From positions 43,028,001 to 43,092,000 of the forward strand of contig NC_082721.1 of the NCBI RefSeq assembly GCF_030144855.1: a DNA stretch of 64,000 nt. The letters are read 5' to 3'. Numbering within the stretch: position 1 is the first letter of the stretch; each line of letters begins with the position of its first letter. Position numbers and translations under genes: made by a program. This stretch comes from Hypanus sabinus. Its lineage: Eukaryota. Below, piece by piece: positions 23,100 to 37,270 of this stretch. The notes under the pieces were generated by a model. That model saw only the letters and a list, made by a program, of their open reading frames with translations, had not been told where the DNA came from and made no database searches.

Positions 23100-25420
23100 G
23101 CATTAGCCTGCCAAGGACAGGCAGTTGAACAGCATGGGCAGGTTCTTCAGGAAATACCTGCATTATTGCAGAAAGACCTGGTTTTCAGCAGTCACCACTG
23201 TGTTCCCAGAACTAGCATGGAGAGGTAATTAGTCTGTCAGCCCTGGTGCGTTACATTGGGACCCTGAGTCTTGCCACAGATTCTGTCATCTTTGAATTAC
23301 AACACGCAATGTTCTCCTCAGACAGGATTAAGGTGGGCTATATGATTTCCCTCCTCGTGGGTAAACCCTTTCATCGGCAATGGCGCTATGCGAGAATGAC
23401 TCTCCTGTGTATTCTGATATAATGATATTTCTAAGATTGATGAGCAGAATATTCTTTCATCCTGTTAGTAGCCCAGAGGCAGCCAGCAGGCTCCTTCAAC
23501 TGCATCAGGAAGTACGATCCATGGCTGACCATTGCATTGATTTCCGTTCCCTTGTGGCTGAGCACAGGTGGGACAATAAGGTTTTGGTTGCTCTGTTGGG
23601 GTGGGGGGGGGTGGTATTAAAGGACCAAGTTAAAGACGTTGTTTCAACCAGGGACCAGGTGTCATGGTTCGGTTCCTGAAATCCGCGTTCCGGTTCACGG
23701 TCAGGTCCGTTGACACCGGACTCTGAGTCTTCTGGCTGCCCGTTGTTTTAGTTGGGCTTAATCACAAGCAACCGGATTCTCATATTGAGGCTGGAATATA
23801 AGTGGCCCTGGGTTCGAGTGTGGTGGCTGGTTCATCTTGTTGGTTTCCTATCCTTGCCTCTGTGGGGTAAGTCAGGCTGTCTTTTCTGTTACCCTGAGGC
23901 TGGATTGTTCTCTTCCTTTCCTCTGAAGCCTGGCCTGAAGCATCGCCGGCTAACCCCACTTGAAACATCGCCGGCTACCCCTGCCTGAAGCCTCGCCAGG
24001 AACCTTGCCTGTGTCCTCGCCTGTATCGCTGTCAAGTTCAGCCGCCAGTGTGAGACTGGAGCCTTGCCACACCAACAGAAGGAACTATCTATTGTTGAGC
24101 TTGGAACTGTCTCTTTGTGTCGCTGTGTTTAGTGTCCACGTACGAGTCCCGGCCCTATGTCCTGTTCCCAAGGAGGGGTCCTGGCCCTGTGTTCTGTGTT
24201 CCTGTGCTCAAGTCCAAGGCTCCAAGGAGGTTCCATTCCATGTCTTAGGCTCTGAGGAGGTTCCAGTTTGTGTCCAAGTCCAAGTCGTAGCCTAGGCCCT
24301 GAGTCTTGGTCTCGTCTAGGGCTAATGTCTGTGTCCAGCTACGCCTCTCCCCACTTCTGCTTTGCTCTCCCTCAACCTAGGCTCTGTGTTCCTGCTCTCC
24401 CTCAATCAAGACCAAGTCTGAGCTTCATGTCCTCGTCCAGTCCTGGAGTCCCACGTCCTGCCCCACATCCAGTCTTGTTGCCTTGCCACATCCTGTCCTC
24501 ACCTGGATCCGGAGTCCGTGACAGAGTCAAGACCCAGGTTCTGGGTCCCTGTCCAGTCTCTGGCTCAGTCCTTGTCCAGGTTCCTAGTTCCTAGTTCCTC
24601 ATCTAGGTCCTACTTTCTACCCTAGTCCTAGCCCACGCCCTGCATCCTAGTCTTGTCCAGTGTCGTTTATTCCCCACTTCCCTTGCTTTCTTGGTACACC
24701 TAGTCCTCTCCCTAGTACTTCATTGCTTGTGTCTTGCATTTGGTTCTGTTCCCAACACCCACCTTATGACACCAGGCAGATGATTTGGATGAATTTTTGG
24801 ACATGACCAGAAGAATTGACAACCATAATTCTGATTTCACCTGGATGGCCGGTTCTCAGAACTGTCCATCCACAGTTGCTCAATCTGATAACCAATGCAA
24901 ATCCCTGCAGTCATCTTTGGAAGAACCCTGATCTCTCCAGCAGAGTGAGAGGGATGCAAGAGGTAGAGGTGTTTCTTATTCTGTGGTAAGGCTGTCCATT
25001 TCTGAGTGACTTGTCCCAAGTTGTCAGGAAAATGTCCAGGACCATCCAGTGAGTGGGAGAACTGTGACGAGCTCAATTTTCACCCCCGATTTGGCAAGTT
25101 CTGGAGTGGTTTTACCATCCTTAAATATATTGGGGAAACATCACATTCTGTGTGAGCCTTGTTTGCCTCTGGTTCAGCGGGAATTTTTTTGGAGCTAGGA
25201 CTGGCAGAAAAAAATCCCAATCCTGAGGCACCGCTCGACCAGCTGCTCTCTACTACAGCTGTGGTTAGTAGCGCTGGAAGCTGGACAAATCCTTCATCTT
25301 CCATCGCTCTCAAGTTGACAATTGGAAATCACAAGATGATTATTTCCATATTATTCATCCTCCTGACATTCTCCTAATCCATCGTTATCTGTGGTTACAC
25401 CTTCATCTTTGTAGTTACTG
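23100..25420 (+). mobile_element. Sushi/PEG10-like Gypsy gag-protease remnant, split by a solo LTR
   Basis: YSDIMIFLRLMSRIFFHP..SPEAASRLLQLHQ..RSMADHCIDFRSLVAE.RWDNKVLVA; a protease-region remnant follows 24777. Confidence 0.8.
23660..24771 (+). mobile_element. Solo LTR (1112 bp) with 5-bp TSD
   Basis: Termini TGTCAT...ATGACA. TSD ccagg at 23655-23659 and 24772-24776. The empty site is visible in the paralogous gag at 33361 (ggaccaggcagaa). Confidence 0.92.
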
Positions 25421-26014
25421 GTTTTCCGGCACCATTCAGCGTTGGTTGAGCTTAAGCCAGGACAAGTGCCTTCCTGGAGGCACCAGGATGACTTCCCGAG
25501 ATTCAGATCTGCCTACCCGAGTTTCCAAGATGACTGCCCGAGTTAATGTGCGACCTGTTGTGAACCATGTCAAGTTGTCAGTTGGGTTGCTCCCTGTCTC
25601 CTCAATTCTGGATGTGAACTCAATGCAATTTTCTGGATTCCCCACAAAGCGACTCTGATGGCACTGTCAATTTACTATCTGGTATGAGTTCTTCCCCAAG
25701 AAGGCTCTATGCCTTGTCCATTCCTGAGAGGGAAGCTGAGGAGGAATATTCTGGTAGTTATGGAGTTACCACCTTGTGGTTGGTGGCACTGTCTTCCTTC
25801 TCTATGTCTGTGAGATAACTATTTGAAGGATGATTTTAAATTGTAACTTTTCATGGAAGTGATGTAAAAAGATGAGTTGTGTTGTATAGGAACCTGGATG
25901 TAACTGAAGTATAAAAGATATTGCTTGAAGAAAGGATTAAAATTATGGACAAGATTTTTCAGTTATGGTGCTGTCTTGCCATTCAAGTTCTGTAAAGCAT
26001 GTTCTTGTAATATG

Positions 26015-26365
26015 TCAGAATCTGGTTTATTATCACCGGAATGTGTTGTGAAATTGTTAACTTAGCAGCAACAGTTCAATGCAATATATAATGTAGAAGA
26101 AAAATGAATAATATAATTAATAATAATGCCAATAATCATAAATAAATTTGTAAATCAATTACAGTATTCATATATTGAATAGATCAAAAATCATGCAAAA
26201 CAGAAATAATATATATTTAAAAAGTGAGGTAGCATTCACAGGTTCAATGTCCATTTAGCAATTTGATGGCAGAGGGGAAGAAGCTGTTCCTAAATTGATG
26301 ATTGTGTGCACTCAGGCTTCTGTACCTCCCCCCTGATGTTATCAGTGAGAAAAGGGCATGCCCTG
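26015..26365 (-). mobile_element. Rex1/Babar-type LINE 3' end (dispersed repeat; second copy at 49095-49430)
   Basis: The minus strand encodes an NSFFPSAI-type ORF2 C-terminus; clearly homologous to 49095-49430. Confidence 0.7.
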
Positions 26366-29229
26366 TTTACTCGAGGTAAGCTAGAAGCTGCAAAATAACC
26401 TCTCTACAATAAACAGTATACTGCCATGTCTGAGTTATCTACAAAGTTCATTCTGTTGAGTGATACACAATTCCAAAAGGAGTCTGTGTATTTGATGGGT
26501 CATCAAATACATTGGCCACTGTGGTTCAGTATGTGCTTTTGGAAATCATGGATGGGGTCAAAAGTTGCTGAATGATGACTGCATCATGGCTATCGAAATG
26601 ACAACAGCTTTGACCAATATGATTGAATGGCTTTCAATGACATTACCCAATGACATAAATAGGTGGATTACTGTATTGGTTTACTGAATGTTTTGGCTGC
26701 TGTAAAAATGTTCAGCATTTTGATTGAAGTTACGCTTTTAATAATAGAACAGGTGTTCTCTATACGCCTTTCTTCCCCCAGTTGTAAGAGAAGAATCGCT
26801 TGCTGTGCTGAAATATATGCCGCTGCTTCCAGCATTCATCAAAGCATTCCACGTGATTGTTCATCACATTCCCAGAATAATAATATCACTCTCCAAAGAA
26901 GAATCCTAATTTGGTATAAGCTGTCAATAGTAATGATCTGAACTTGTACACTGCATGATCTTCCAGTTTTCAAACTCCCCTTATATATATGTACCTGTCA
27001 AAGAAGTAATAAAGGATTTTCCAATTCCAAGTGAGGAAAAGCAAAAGCAGCTGCTCAATCAGAATGTCACAAAAATGCATTGGAACCTTTGTACTCAGGA
27101 CTTTTTGCAAGATAAGATACAGCAAAGACAGGACTGGCAGATCTTCACAATACCTGCAACATGAACAGTGTCAATCAGGTCCTTTTCATGGCATCTGACT
27201 TTAGACATGCTGTAATGCTACTGACGAAGAGTGATTCAGTAATTCAAGATGAAACTTCAATGGTTATTTGCTTTCCTGTAACATAGGCAGTGACCTGCTA
27301 GCCAGGGAAACTTGTAGAGAAGATTCAGATTACCATAATAGAAAGAATGTTTGGTAGAATGATGATGATGAGGATGCTTTATCAAATATTGTTGCAATGC
27401 GTCCTTCCAAAAGGAAACTTTTACAGATCAACCACCACTTAATAAGTTCCTAAAAATGTGTGATCATTTAAATGACCTGAGTATTTCAATGAAGATTTCT
27501 ATTACAGATAACTCAGATAAGTACAGATAACAAGCTGAGCAAAAGCACATGACAGTCAAGTCTCTAAATAAACAGCCACAAACAAAATCTCAGAAGATTT
27601 CAGTGCAAGTGGTACCATTCGCAATGATCAGTTCCCATGGAAAAGCAATTGATTGCAGTACCTAGACTTAGTTCCTTGCCACAGAATGATTTTACAGTAG
27701 TTTTCTGGGGCAGAATGTGAAACTCAGCAAAATGTAGACCAGTGTTTGAGCTCATTAACTATTTTCTTTCACAAGAAATGTTGTTGCTTGATAATAAATT
27801 TTATCATTGTTTAAGGACAGTGTAGAAATATGTGGCAAAAATGGTGAAATTGACAAGTTCTGCATGAAATCAGAATACAGCATTGTTGTATTTGTCAATG
27901 TAATGGAAAAAGTTGGGGAGGGATGCCTGAAAGGTTTGGAATAAGGGCTGTTCCACATAGCCAACAAAAAGACTGGCATAACGGGGACCATGTGAGTACT
28001 TATGTTTTTGAGCTTCTTGAGTGATTTTATTTCAAGCTGTTCTCATCCAGGCAACTGGACAGCATTGCATTGCACTATGGACGAGCTTGTAGGTGGTGGG
28101 CAGGATTCAGTGAGTTAGGAGGTGAGTTACTCGATGCAGGATTCCAACCTCTGTGCTGCTTGTGTAGCCATGTTGTGTATATGTATATGGTAGAAAAATA
28201 TAATTTGGGAAAAAGCAATTGTAAGATATCAAAATGTAGGAAGTAACGTATCCTGAATACATAAAGCTCATAGAGTTATACTACACAGTAACAGCTTCTT
28301 TAGCTGAACTGGTCCATACCCACCAAGATCTCCACCCACATCTCCATTGGGTCCCATTTGCCATTGTTTGGCCCAGAACATTCTGAACATTTCTATTCCA
28401 TGTACCTGTCCAACTGTATGAACAACTGTTCTTGTACTAGGCTCAGCCACTTCCTCTGGCAGCTCACTTCACATAGATGTCATACTTTGTGCGTTTAAAA
28501 AAAATGCCTGAAATCGGACCTCAAGCTCTTCCACCTCAATACCTTTTCATCCATGTTGCTGACAGCCAGATGCAGACCTTTGAATTTCACTACCTGCAGA
28601 TTTTCAGATGTTCCAATCAGCTGTGAAATCTGTCTTTTAGCAGTTTGCTGGAGAATGGGATGGAATAAATCTGCTGTCATCCCTCTCTCTCCTGACTCTC
28701 CAATTGTTATCCTATAACTCATCAGCCCACTGGTCTGGACTGCAGCTGGTTTTGGCGAAACAGTGTAGAGTAAAACTAAACTCACCCAGTCCCAGGGCTG
28801 CGCAGGATCCCCCTTATTCCCATCTACTTCATACAGGAGCTGTGGGCTATACATTGGGAGGATAGGTGTCAGGATGCTCATGTAACATGTGAGAGTCTGG
28901 TGCAGTTCTGATATCTCACAGCTTTACTGACCTGGATTTGATCCTGAGCTGGTCCATGTGTTATTAGGGTGTTCTCTCTGTGACTTCTGAGTTTAGTAGA
29001 GTTGGTCTATTTTCCTTGCGCAGTGCAGATATGGTAATGTAAATTGCCCCTTCATGGCCTGTGTGAGGAGAATCGATCTGGCATCAATGGGGAAATGATC
29101 CCAATGTGCTGAATGACTTAATTATGTGTTTTGCTAAATAACAATTGCACAGTTTCTATTGTAATGTTTAATTACTGACATTTTTTCAATGTAAAGTTAT
29201 AACAAATGATATTTTTTCTCCTGTAGAGG

Positions 29230-30330
29230 GCACTGAGATATCACTAAATGGGAAAAGGTTAGTATTAGATTTCTCTGATGAAAAAAAATTAATTACCCCC
29301 AAAAAAGAACTAATCTAACAAACTAACCACTAACTAAAAAAAAGAAGAGGGGGGAAAAAACATGGGCTGTTTATGGTATCTAAGATAAGACAGAGTCATC
29401 AGTGTCATCAACTCTGATCCTCTCTCCATATGTATAATCAGAACCAGAAAAAAATAGTATTGGAACAGGGTCAAATTACATCATGTGAAAATATTGAATG
29501 AATCGCCTCCAAGTCTTTTCAAATTTAATTGAAGGGTCATATACGCCACTTCTATTTTTTTTTCAAATTTATACATAACTTAGTTTGAGAAACCAATGAA
29601 ATGTGGTAAGGGGATTAATTTCTTTCCAATTCAATAAAATAGATTTTTTAGCCATTAATGTAAGAAATGCAATCATCCAACAAGCAGAAGGAGATAAATG
29701 AATTGACTCCATGATTGGTAGACCAAAGATTGCAGTAATAGGATGAGGTTGTAATCAATATTCAATACCGTGGAAATAATATCAAAAATGTCTTTCCAAT
29801 ATTTTTTTCAAAGACAGACATGACCAAAACATATGAGTTAGAGAAGCTATCTCAGAATGACATCTGTCACATATAGGAGTGATGTGGGAGTAAAAATGAG
29901 CTAATTTATCCTTGGACATACGAGCCTTGTGCACAACTCTAAACTGTATCAATGAATGTTTAGAACATAGAGGATGGGTTAATTAGTTGAAGAATTTTGT
30001 CCCAATTCCCAATAGGGATAGTAAGGTTAAGTTCTCTTTCCCAATCATTCTTAATCTTATAAAAGGCCTCTGAACATATTTTCATAATTATATTGTAAAC
30101 ATTTGATATTACACCTTTCTGAAAAGGATTTAGTTCTAACAATTTCTCCAAAATACCCATTGAATCTAGATCTGGAAAGGTTGGAAGTAGAGTGTTTAAA
30201 AAGTTCCTAATCTGTAAATATCTAAAAAAATGAGATCTGGGCAAATTATATTCATTAGATAATTGTTCAAAAGACATGAAACTATTATTCAAAAATAAAT
30301 CAGAAAATCATAGTATGTATCCTTATGTAT
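29230..30330 (-). mobile_element. L1-clade LINE ORF2 3' fragment
   Basis: FMSFEQLSNEYNLPRSHFFRYLQIRNFL...DWERELN...W, followed by a Cys/His zf-RVT-like region (ICDRCH...LTHMFWSC). Confidence 0.85.
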
Positions 30331-32799
30331 CCTTTTATGCTCATTTTAATTTTGTAATTTTGTAATCCCAATAATTATGCATCAATCTCATGTTGATATT
30401 AATAAATAGATTGAAAAAGAAAAGAGATTTCTCTGATGGGATCGGTGGGTTTTGGCCTTTACATTATGATTGTTTGGTGAATGTATTTTCTTTTCCAGGA
30501 ACTTCAGGCTGTAATGTGTGTGCTGCAGGAAACTGAACGTGAGGTATGACTAAATATAGTGAATGAGAGAGCAGTCAGAAAGGAAAATCTTTCCTGCACT
30601 GGAGGTTGCTGCTTAACCTGGAGATGATATTGTGGGTGTTGAAACATCCACATAGCTGCTATTAGAGCCGCTAAAGATGGAGTAGTCTGGCTCTGTTCTT
30701 CGTGATGGGAAGGAAGATTCCAGGACTACCTGCCAATCAGATCTGAGCTGGCACTTGGCTGTTAATTGAACAGATGGGTCAGAAAGGTCCAAAGGCTTGA
30801 TGTGTGGACCTATTTTGAAGTGAAGTCCAGTATTGTTTAGTCAGGTGAGATTTTTACATCAGTCATGAATGGAAGCAGTTGAATTTCCTCATGATCATTG
30901 ATTTATGAGAGGAATTAGATTGCTCAGCCCTTTGAACTTGCTCTGTCATTCAATAATATTATGGATGACTTAATATGCCATTACTCCATATTCCAGATAA
31001 TCTTTCACCCTCTTACTGATCTATAAATGAATTAAATCTGTTGCCACAGCCCCTTGAGAAAAAGAAAGAATTCCAAAGATTTATTCATCTCTGAAAGAGA
31101 AGCAAACTTAGTTTCACATCTGTCCTAAATAGGCAGCCCCTGATTTTTAAACAGCAACACCAACACCATCTACTGAGACCTCTTCAGAAATGAGGATCCG
31201 ATCAATTTCCCTCTAACACTTCAAAATTGCAGTGGATAAAGACCTCACCTGCCCTCGGAAGATGACGTACACATCAGAGTACTGAATTCAGTAAAAGGGG
31301 AGAAAGAAGAGAGAAAGCAGTTCTTCTTGATGCTGGCAAATCTACTGGAGAGGAAAACTAGGGACTGGATTTTGTCACATTTATAAAAGCATGGGCTTAT
31401 TACAAAGCATGGGTTTATTGGAGCAGGATGGCTTTATGCAGGGCAGATCATGCCATAAAATTTGACTGAGGTCTTTAAGGAGGTAACAAAGAGGATTGAT
31501 CAGGGTAGAGCAGCAGATTTTGTTGATGTAAATTTTAGAACAATATTTGACAGCTCCTTAAGGTAACCTGATCCAGAAGACTAATTCACTTGGGATGCAT
31601 GATGACTTTGTAGACCAGATTTAAAATTGATTGTCCGTGGAAGACAGAGGGTAGTGATGGAAGGGCAACATCCAAGTTTCAGGACCATGGCCAGTGGTGT
31701 TCCACAGGGATTAGTGCTGGCACCTCTCCTGTTTACAATGTGCGGTAAACGACAGATGAAAATACAGAGAGGCTGATTGATAGGCTTGCAGGTGGTAAAA
31801 GGAATATGAAAAGTGTTTGCATTATACCAGATGTGATCTCAGCAGAGCTTCTTTGAACAGAAACACAGAATGCTGAATTGAGATAAGCTACTTGGTCCTG
31901 ATAGATAAGCCACCTGGATTAGATGGACTACATCCCAGGGTTCTGAAAAGGTAGATGATAAGATTGTGGAAGAATTAGTAGTTATCTTTCAAGAAATTTA
32001 GATTCTGCAATGGTTTTGGAGGAATGAAAATTGCAAATGGCAGTGCACTCCTTAAGAAGGAAGTGACACAAAAGACTGGAAATTGTATCCAGTGGTTGCC
32101 AAGACATTGGCATCCATTCTTAAGGAGGAGCTTTTGTGTTAACTTGGACACTTAGTCTAGAGTATGTGAGCCCTTGCCATAACAGTAACACAATTTGCTT
32201 GGCCAGGCTGGTTTCTATCTGTTTTAGTAGGTTAACTGTTCATTATAAATTGTCCCATGATTAGGTTAGGCTAAAGTTAAAGGTTGTTGAGCTGTGTGGG
32301 TCAGAGAGCTGGAAGGGCCTTTTCCATGCTGCCTCTCAAAATAAGTACAAATAAATAAACTAGGTAGACAGGTTTGTGTGTGTGCATGTGTGTGATGAAC
32401 TCTTTGGACCAGCGAGGGTCATTGGGTAGCAGCAGTTCTTGACACATGTGAATGCCATTTATTTGAGTTTATTGTTATTTTAATGAATACTTTTATCATT
32501 AAGGTGATTGTGTTTTTCGGGATGCTTGTCATGTGAATATGGTTTCCTGTGCTTCCTGTTCTTGGGAGATTAGTTTTTGATTTTGACCGCATGGGTTTTA
32601 TGTTCCATTTAAGGTTATTCTGGACCAAGACTCATCCCAGAGATTCAATCTGTGAGTTCTAGACCTGAGTAAGTGAGGTTTTAGTTTTATTATTCTTTAC
32701 ATTATTCTCCAAAAACATCTTAATCATTAATTTCTCCTATCTGCAAAGTCCTGAGTTTATTCTGTAGCCAGGTCCGCTCATCTGAATATTATGACAGCG

Positions 32800-34010
32800 G
32801 GACATAGCGGGGATTGACCGCATGAAAAGCAACATTATGAAATACTTGCATCATTGCAGAAGGTCTCTGGTTTCATACACTTGCCTCTGTGTCCTGCAAC
32901 ATGTTCCCAGAACTACCAAGGAGAGTCAATTAAACTGCTGCCCTGCAGTGATACAATGGGGACAATGGGGATCTTGCTGCTAGTTCTTAAGTCAGTGCTC
33001 CCTTGTCTTTGAGTTAGAGCCTGCAGGGTTCCCTTTGGACAGGTGTAAGGAGGCCTATATAATTTCCCCTCTCTTGGGCAGAGCCCTTTCATGGGCAGCC
33101 ACTTTATGGTAGAAGGATGCTGCTGTGTATTCTGATATGAAGCTATTTCTAAGAATGATGAGGAGAGTATTCTGTCATCCTTCTGGGGTCCTAGAGGGAG
33201 ACAGCAGACACATGCAGCTGCATCAGGGAGTGTGGTCCATTCCTGACTGTTCCATTGATTTCTGTACCCTCGTGGCAGAGAGCAGGTGCAACAATGAGGT
33301 TTTGGTTACTCTGTTTAGACAGGGATTAAATGACTGGTTTAAAGATATTTTTGCATCAAAGGACCAGGCAGAATATTTGGAGGAATTTATGGACATGACC
33401 ATAAGAATTCACCATTATATTTCTGAAAGAAGGCTGGAAAGATGTGGTGAGTTCACCCAGATGGCTGGTTCACAGATATACTCAATGTCTACTCTGGTTT
33501 CTCAATCTAATAGCCAAAGCAGATCCCCACAATCATCTCTGGAAAATCCCATATAACCTGGAAGAACTCTGGTCTCTCCACCAGAATGAGGCAGAGGTGT
33601 TGCTAGTACTGTGCTACAACTGGCCGCTTCTGAGTCAGCTGCCCCAGGTTGTTGGGAAATCTCTAAGGACTGTCCAGTGAGCAGAAAACACTAAAAGTTA
33701 GTCTCAGGACTCTTTTCCGTTTTGTCATGTTCTGGATTGGTTTTACCATTCCTATTATCTTGGAGCAGACATTAACATTCTGTGAGTGCCTTGGAAGAAT
33801 CTGGCTTATCAGGGGATATTTTGGACATCAGACTGGCTGAGAGAATCCAAGTTCCTACTGTATGCCTTTACAATCTTATCTGTGCTATAGCCCTGGATAG
33901 TAGACTGTTGGAATATGGACATATCCTTCATCTTTCTGTCCTCTCAAGTTGACTATTGGAAGTCATGAGGATCAAATTCATTTCCACCTTATTCATTCTC
34001 CAGACATACC
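32800..34010 (+). mobile_element. Second Sushi-like Gypsy gag-protease remnant (no LTR insertion)
   Basis: ORF 33125-33556 has a retrotransposon-gag signature (QLHQGVWSIPDCSIDFCTLVAE...LFRQGLND...DMTIRI). Protease-like LEESGLSGDILD follows. Confidence 0.8.
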
Positions 34011-34014
34011 CCAA

Positions 34015-36180
34015 ACAAGACCACAAGGTATAGAAACAGAATAAGGCCATTAGGCCCATCGATTCTGCTCCACCATTTCATCATGATGGATCCATTTTCC
34101 TTCTCAGCTGCAATCGCCTGTCTTCTCTTTGTATCTTTTCATGCCCTGAATGATCAAGAATCTAATCAAACTCTGCCTTAAATAAATTCACTGACTTGGC
34201 CTCCCACTCACTTGTGGCAATGAATTCCACAGACTCACCACTCTCTGGCTGAAGAAATTCCTCCTCATGTCCGTCCAAAAAGGGTCCCTCTATTTTGAAG
34301 CTGTGTCCTCTGGTCTTGTACTGCCCCACCATAGGGGACATCATCTCCATATCCACTCTATCAAGGTCTTTCAACATTCAATAGCTTTCAATGAAGTCAC
34401 CCCTCATTCTTTTGAATTCCAGTGTGTAGTGGCCCAGAGCCAGAAAATGCTCATCATATGATCAGTTTTTCAATCCTGGAATCATTTATGTGAACCTCCT
34501 TTGAACCCTGTCCAGTGTCCACCCTCTGTTCTTAGATAAGGGAACCAAAACTTCTCAAAATTCTCACCTGTGATTTATAAAGCCTCAGCATTATATCCTT
34601 GCTTTTGTATTCCAATCCTCTCAAAGTGAATGCTAACAGTGCATTTGTATTCTTCACCATTGACTCAACTTGCAAATTAACCTTCAGGGAATTGGGCAGA
34701 AAGACTCCCAATTCCTTTTGCACCTCAGATTTTTAAAACTTCTCTTCATTTAGAAAATAGTCTACCCTTTTATTTCTTCCACCACAATGCATGATCAAAC
34801 ACTTCCTGACACTGTACTCCATCTGCCACTTTGCCCTCTCTCCTTATCTGTCTCAGTCCCTTTGTAGGCTCTCTACTTGTTCAAATCTATCTGCTCTCCA
34901 CCTATTTTCATATTGTCCACAAACCTGGCCATTAAAACCATCAATTCCAGCATCCAAGTCATTGGCATATACGTGAAAAGAAGTGGTTCCAATACAAACC
35001 CCTGTGGAACAGTACGACTCACAAGCAGCCAACCAGAAAAGGCTCCCTTTATTCCCCATCTTTGCCTCCTGCCAATCAGCCAATCCTCCATCCATGCTCG
35101 TATCTTTCTTGTCATACCATGGCTGTTTACCTGTTAAGCAGCCTCATGTGCAGCATCTTGTGAAAGGCCTTCTTAAAATCCAAGTGCACAACATGCAATT
35201 CCCCTTTGTCTAATCTGCTTGTTATTTCTTCAAAGAATTCCAACAGAATTGTCAGGCCAGGTTTCCCTTAAGGAAACCATACTGACTAAAGCCTATTTCA
35301 TCACATGCCTCCAAGTACACCAAAACCATTTCTTTAACAATCGACTCCAACGTCTTCCTAATCACTGATGTCAGACTAACCAGCCAATAATTTCCTTTTG
35401 CCTCTCTCCTTTCTTGAAAAGTGGAATAAAATTTGCAATTTTCCATTCTTCTGGTACCATACCAGAATCAATTGATTCTTGAAAGATCATAACTACAATC
35501 TCTTTAGCTACGTCTTTCAGACACCTGGGGTGTATACAATCTGGTCCAGGTGACTTACCTACCTTCAGACCTTTCAGTTTCCTAATAATCTTCTCCCTAG
35601 TAATGGCAACTTCACACACTTCTGCTGCACGACTCACATGAAGTTCCTGCACACTGATGGTGTCTTCCACAGTGAAAGCTGATGGAAAATACTTATTCAG
35701 TGCATCTACCATCTTCTTGTCCCTCATTACTACTTCTCCAGCCTCATTTTTAGCATGCCAATTTCTTCTCTTGCCTCTCTCTAGCACTTCATGTATCAAA
35801 AGAAATCTTTGATATCTTCTTTAATATTATTGGCTCGCTTACCATCGTATTCTATTTTTCTTTCTTTGTGACTTTTTGATTAGCTTCTGTTGGTTTTAAA
35901 AAGCTTCCCAATCCTCTAATTTTCCACAATCTTTCCCTCTACTATATGCCTTCAGTTTGGCTTTGACTTCTTTTGTCAGCCACAGTTGTGTCATCCTGCC
36001 TTTAGGATGATTCTTCCTCTCTGGGATGTATTTATCCTGCACCTTCCAAATTGCTTCTAGAAAGTCCATTCATTGCAACTTTGCCGTCATCTCTGCCACT
36101 GTTCTTCTCCTATCAATTTTGGCCAGCTCCTCTCTCATGCCTCTGTAATTCCCTTTACTTTGCTGCAATACTGGTGCATA
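34015..36180 (-). mobile_element. CR1-like LINE ORF2 (linker, RT, 3' end), decayed
   Basis: KSPGPDCIHPR, SQYGFLKG, VPQGFVLEP, KDLDRVD...KTRGHS. Confidence 0.9.
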
Positions 36181-37270
36181 AATAAGCAGGTCGATACACA
36201 GGTAACTAAATAGACAAATAAATAAATAGATTAAATAGATAATGGGTAACAATGCTACGGGCCCACCTCTGTGTCATAAAGGTGACAGTGCATTTCTGAG
36301 AAGACTCTTCTGAGAAGAGTTCCAGGAAACAAACCCACCCAGATTTCTTTACTTTTAGTAACAAGGGAGGTGATGTCAGTACTGGTCATTCCGGTGGAGA
36401 ATTCACATGCAAGTATCATTGACCTTCGATCAAACTCTTAATGCTCCCATTCTACCTCATCTTTACTGACCACATTAAAATTCACACAAACATCAGTGAA
36501 AATATGGGTTCAGTAAAGTTAACAAAATTGCATCTTAAACACAAAACCTGCCAACTGAATCTTGCTTTAGATTCTAGCAAGCCAGTACACAAAAGTTTGC
36601 ACAAATAAGGAAAATGCTTGATTTGAAATTGACAAACTCATGAATTGTGAGCATATTTCAATAAATACATATTTAATAAAGTAAGGTCTTAAGTATCCTG
36701 TGTATGACAATGGCAAATAGGGATCATTATGCAGTTATCTCATTCTCAGTTTTGTTTGTTACACATCAAACAAATTTTTACTTCCTCCATGGCCAGAATG
36801 GGTCAAAATTCAATCTTCTGAAATAGTTCACCCATTGTACAGTACTTCTTCGATGTTGATGAAACTTTGGATCAAAATCTCTCAAAGAAAGAACCTTATC
36901 TTTCAGGCTGAGAATAGGAAAGGTGGTGACCTTGTTTTGTTCCCATATTTCACCTGTGGACATGGCCGTGCTGTGATCTTCAGAGACAGAGATCCAGAAA
37001 CCAAAACCTGGTTGCATCTGTCATTTCTCAACATGCCCATGTTTAACGAGTAGGGGCAGACAGAGGGGCTTCAGATAACAATTCTACATCAGTTGTCACT
37101 GAGAAGAATAACTGTATATCCACAATTTACACATGTGTTTTACAGATGGACTACACCACAGGTTCTGAAAGAAGTAGTTTAAAAACTGCGGAGGCATTAG
37201 TAGTCATTTTTCAAGAATCATTAGATTCTCAGATGGTTTTGGAGGACTGGAAAATTGCACATGTCACTCC

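Noticed and set aside
28695-28730. Minus-strand CUGAUGA-GUUAU/AUAAC stem resembling a hammerhead
   Set aside because: The GAAA box is absent (AAUU follows the stem) and there is no stem I pairing.
28790-28850. Putative 54-nt exon (cccacag...gtgagt) with GNKGDP, collagen-like
   Set aside because: The Gly-X-Y periodicity is broken and no companion exons were found.
33125-33556. Domesticated PEG10/RTL-like gag gene
   Set aside because: Upstream gag and downstream protease are frameshifted and truncated by CR1, and the paralogue is LTR-disrupted, which is consistent with neutral decay.
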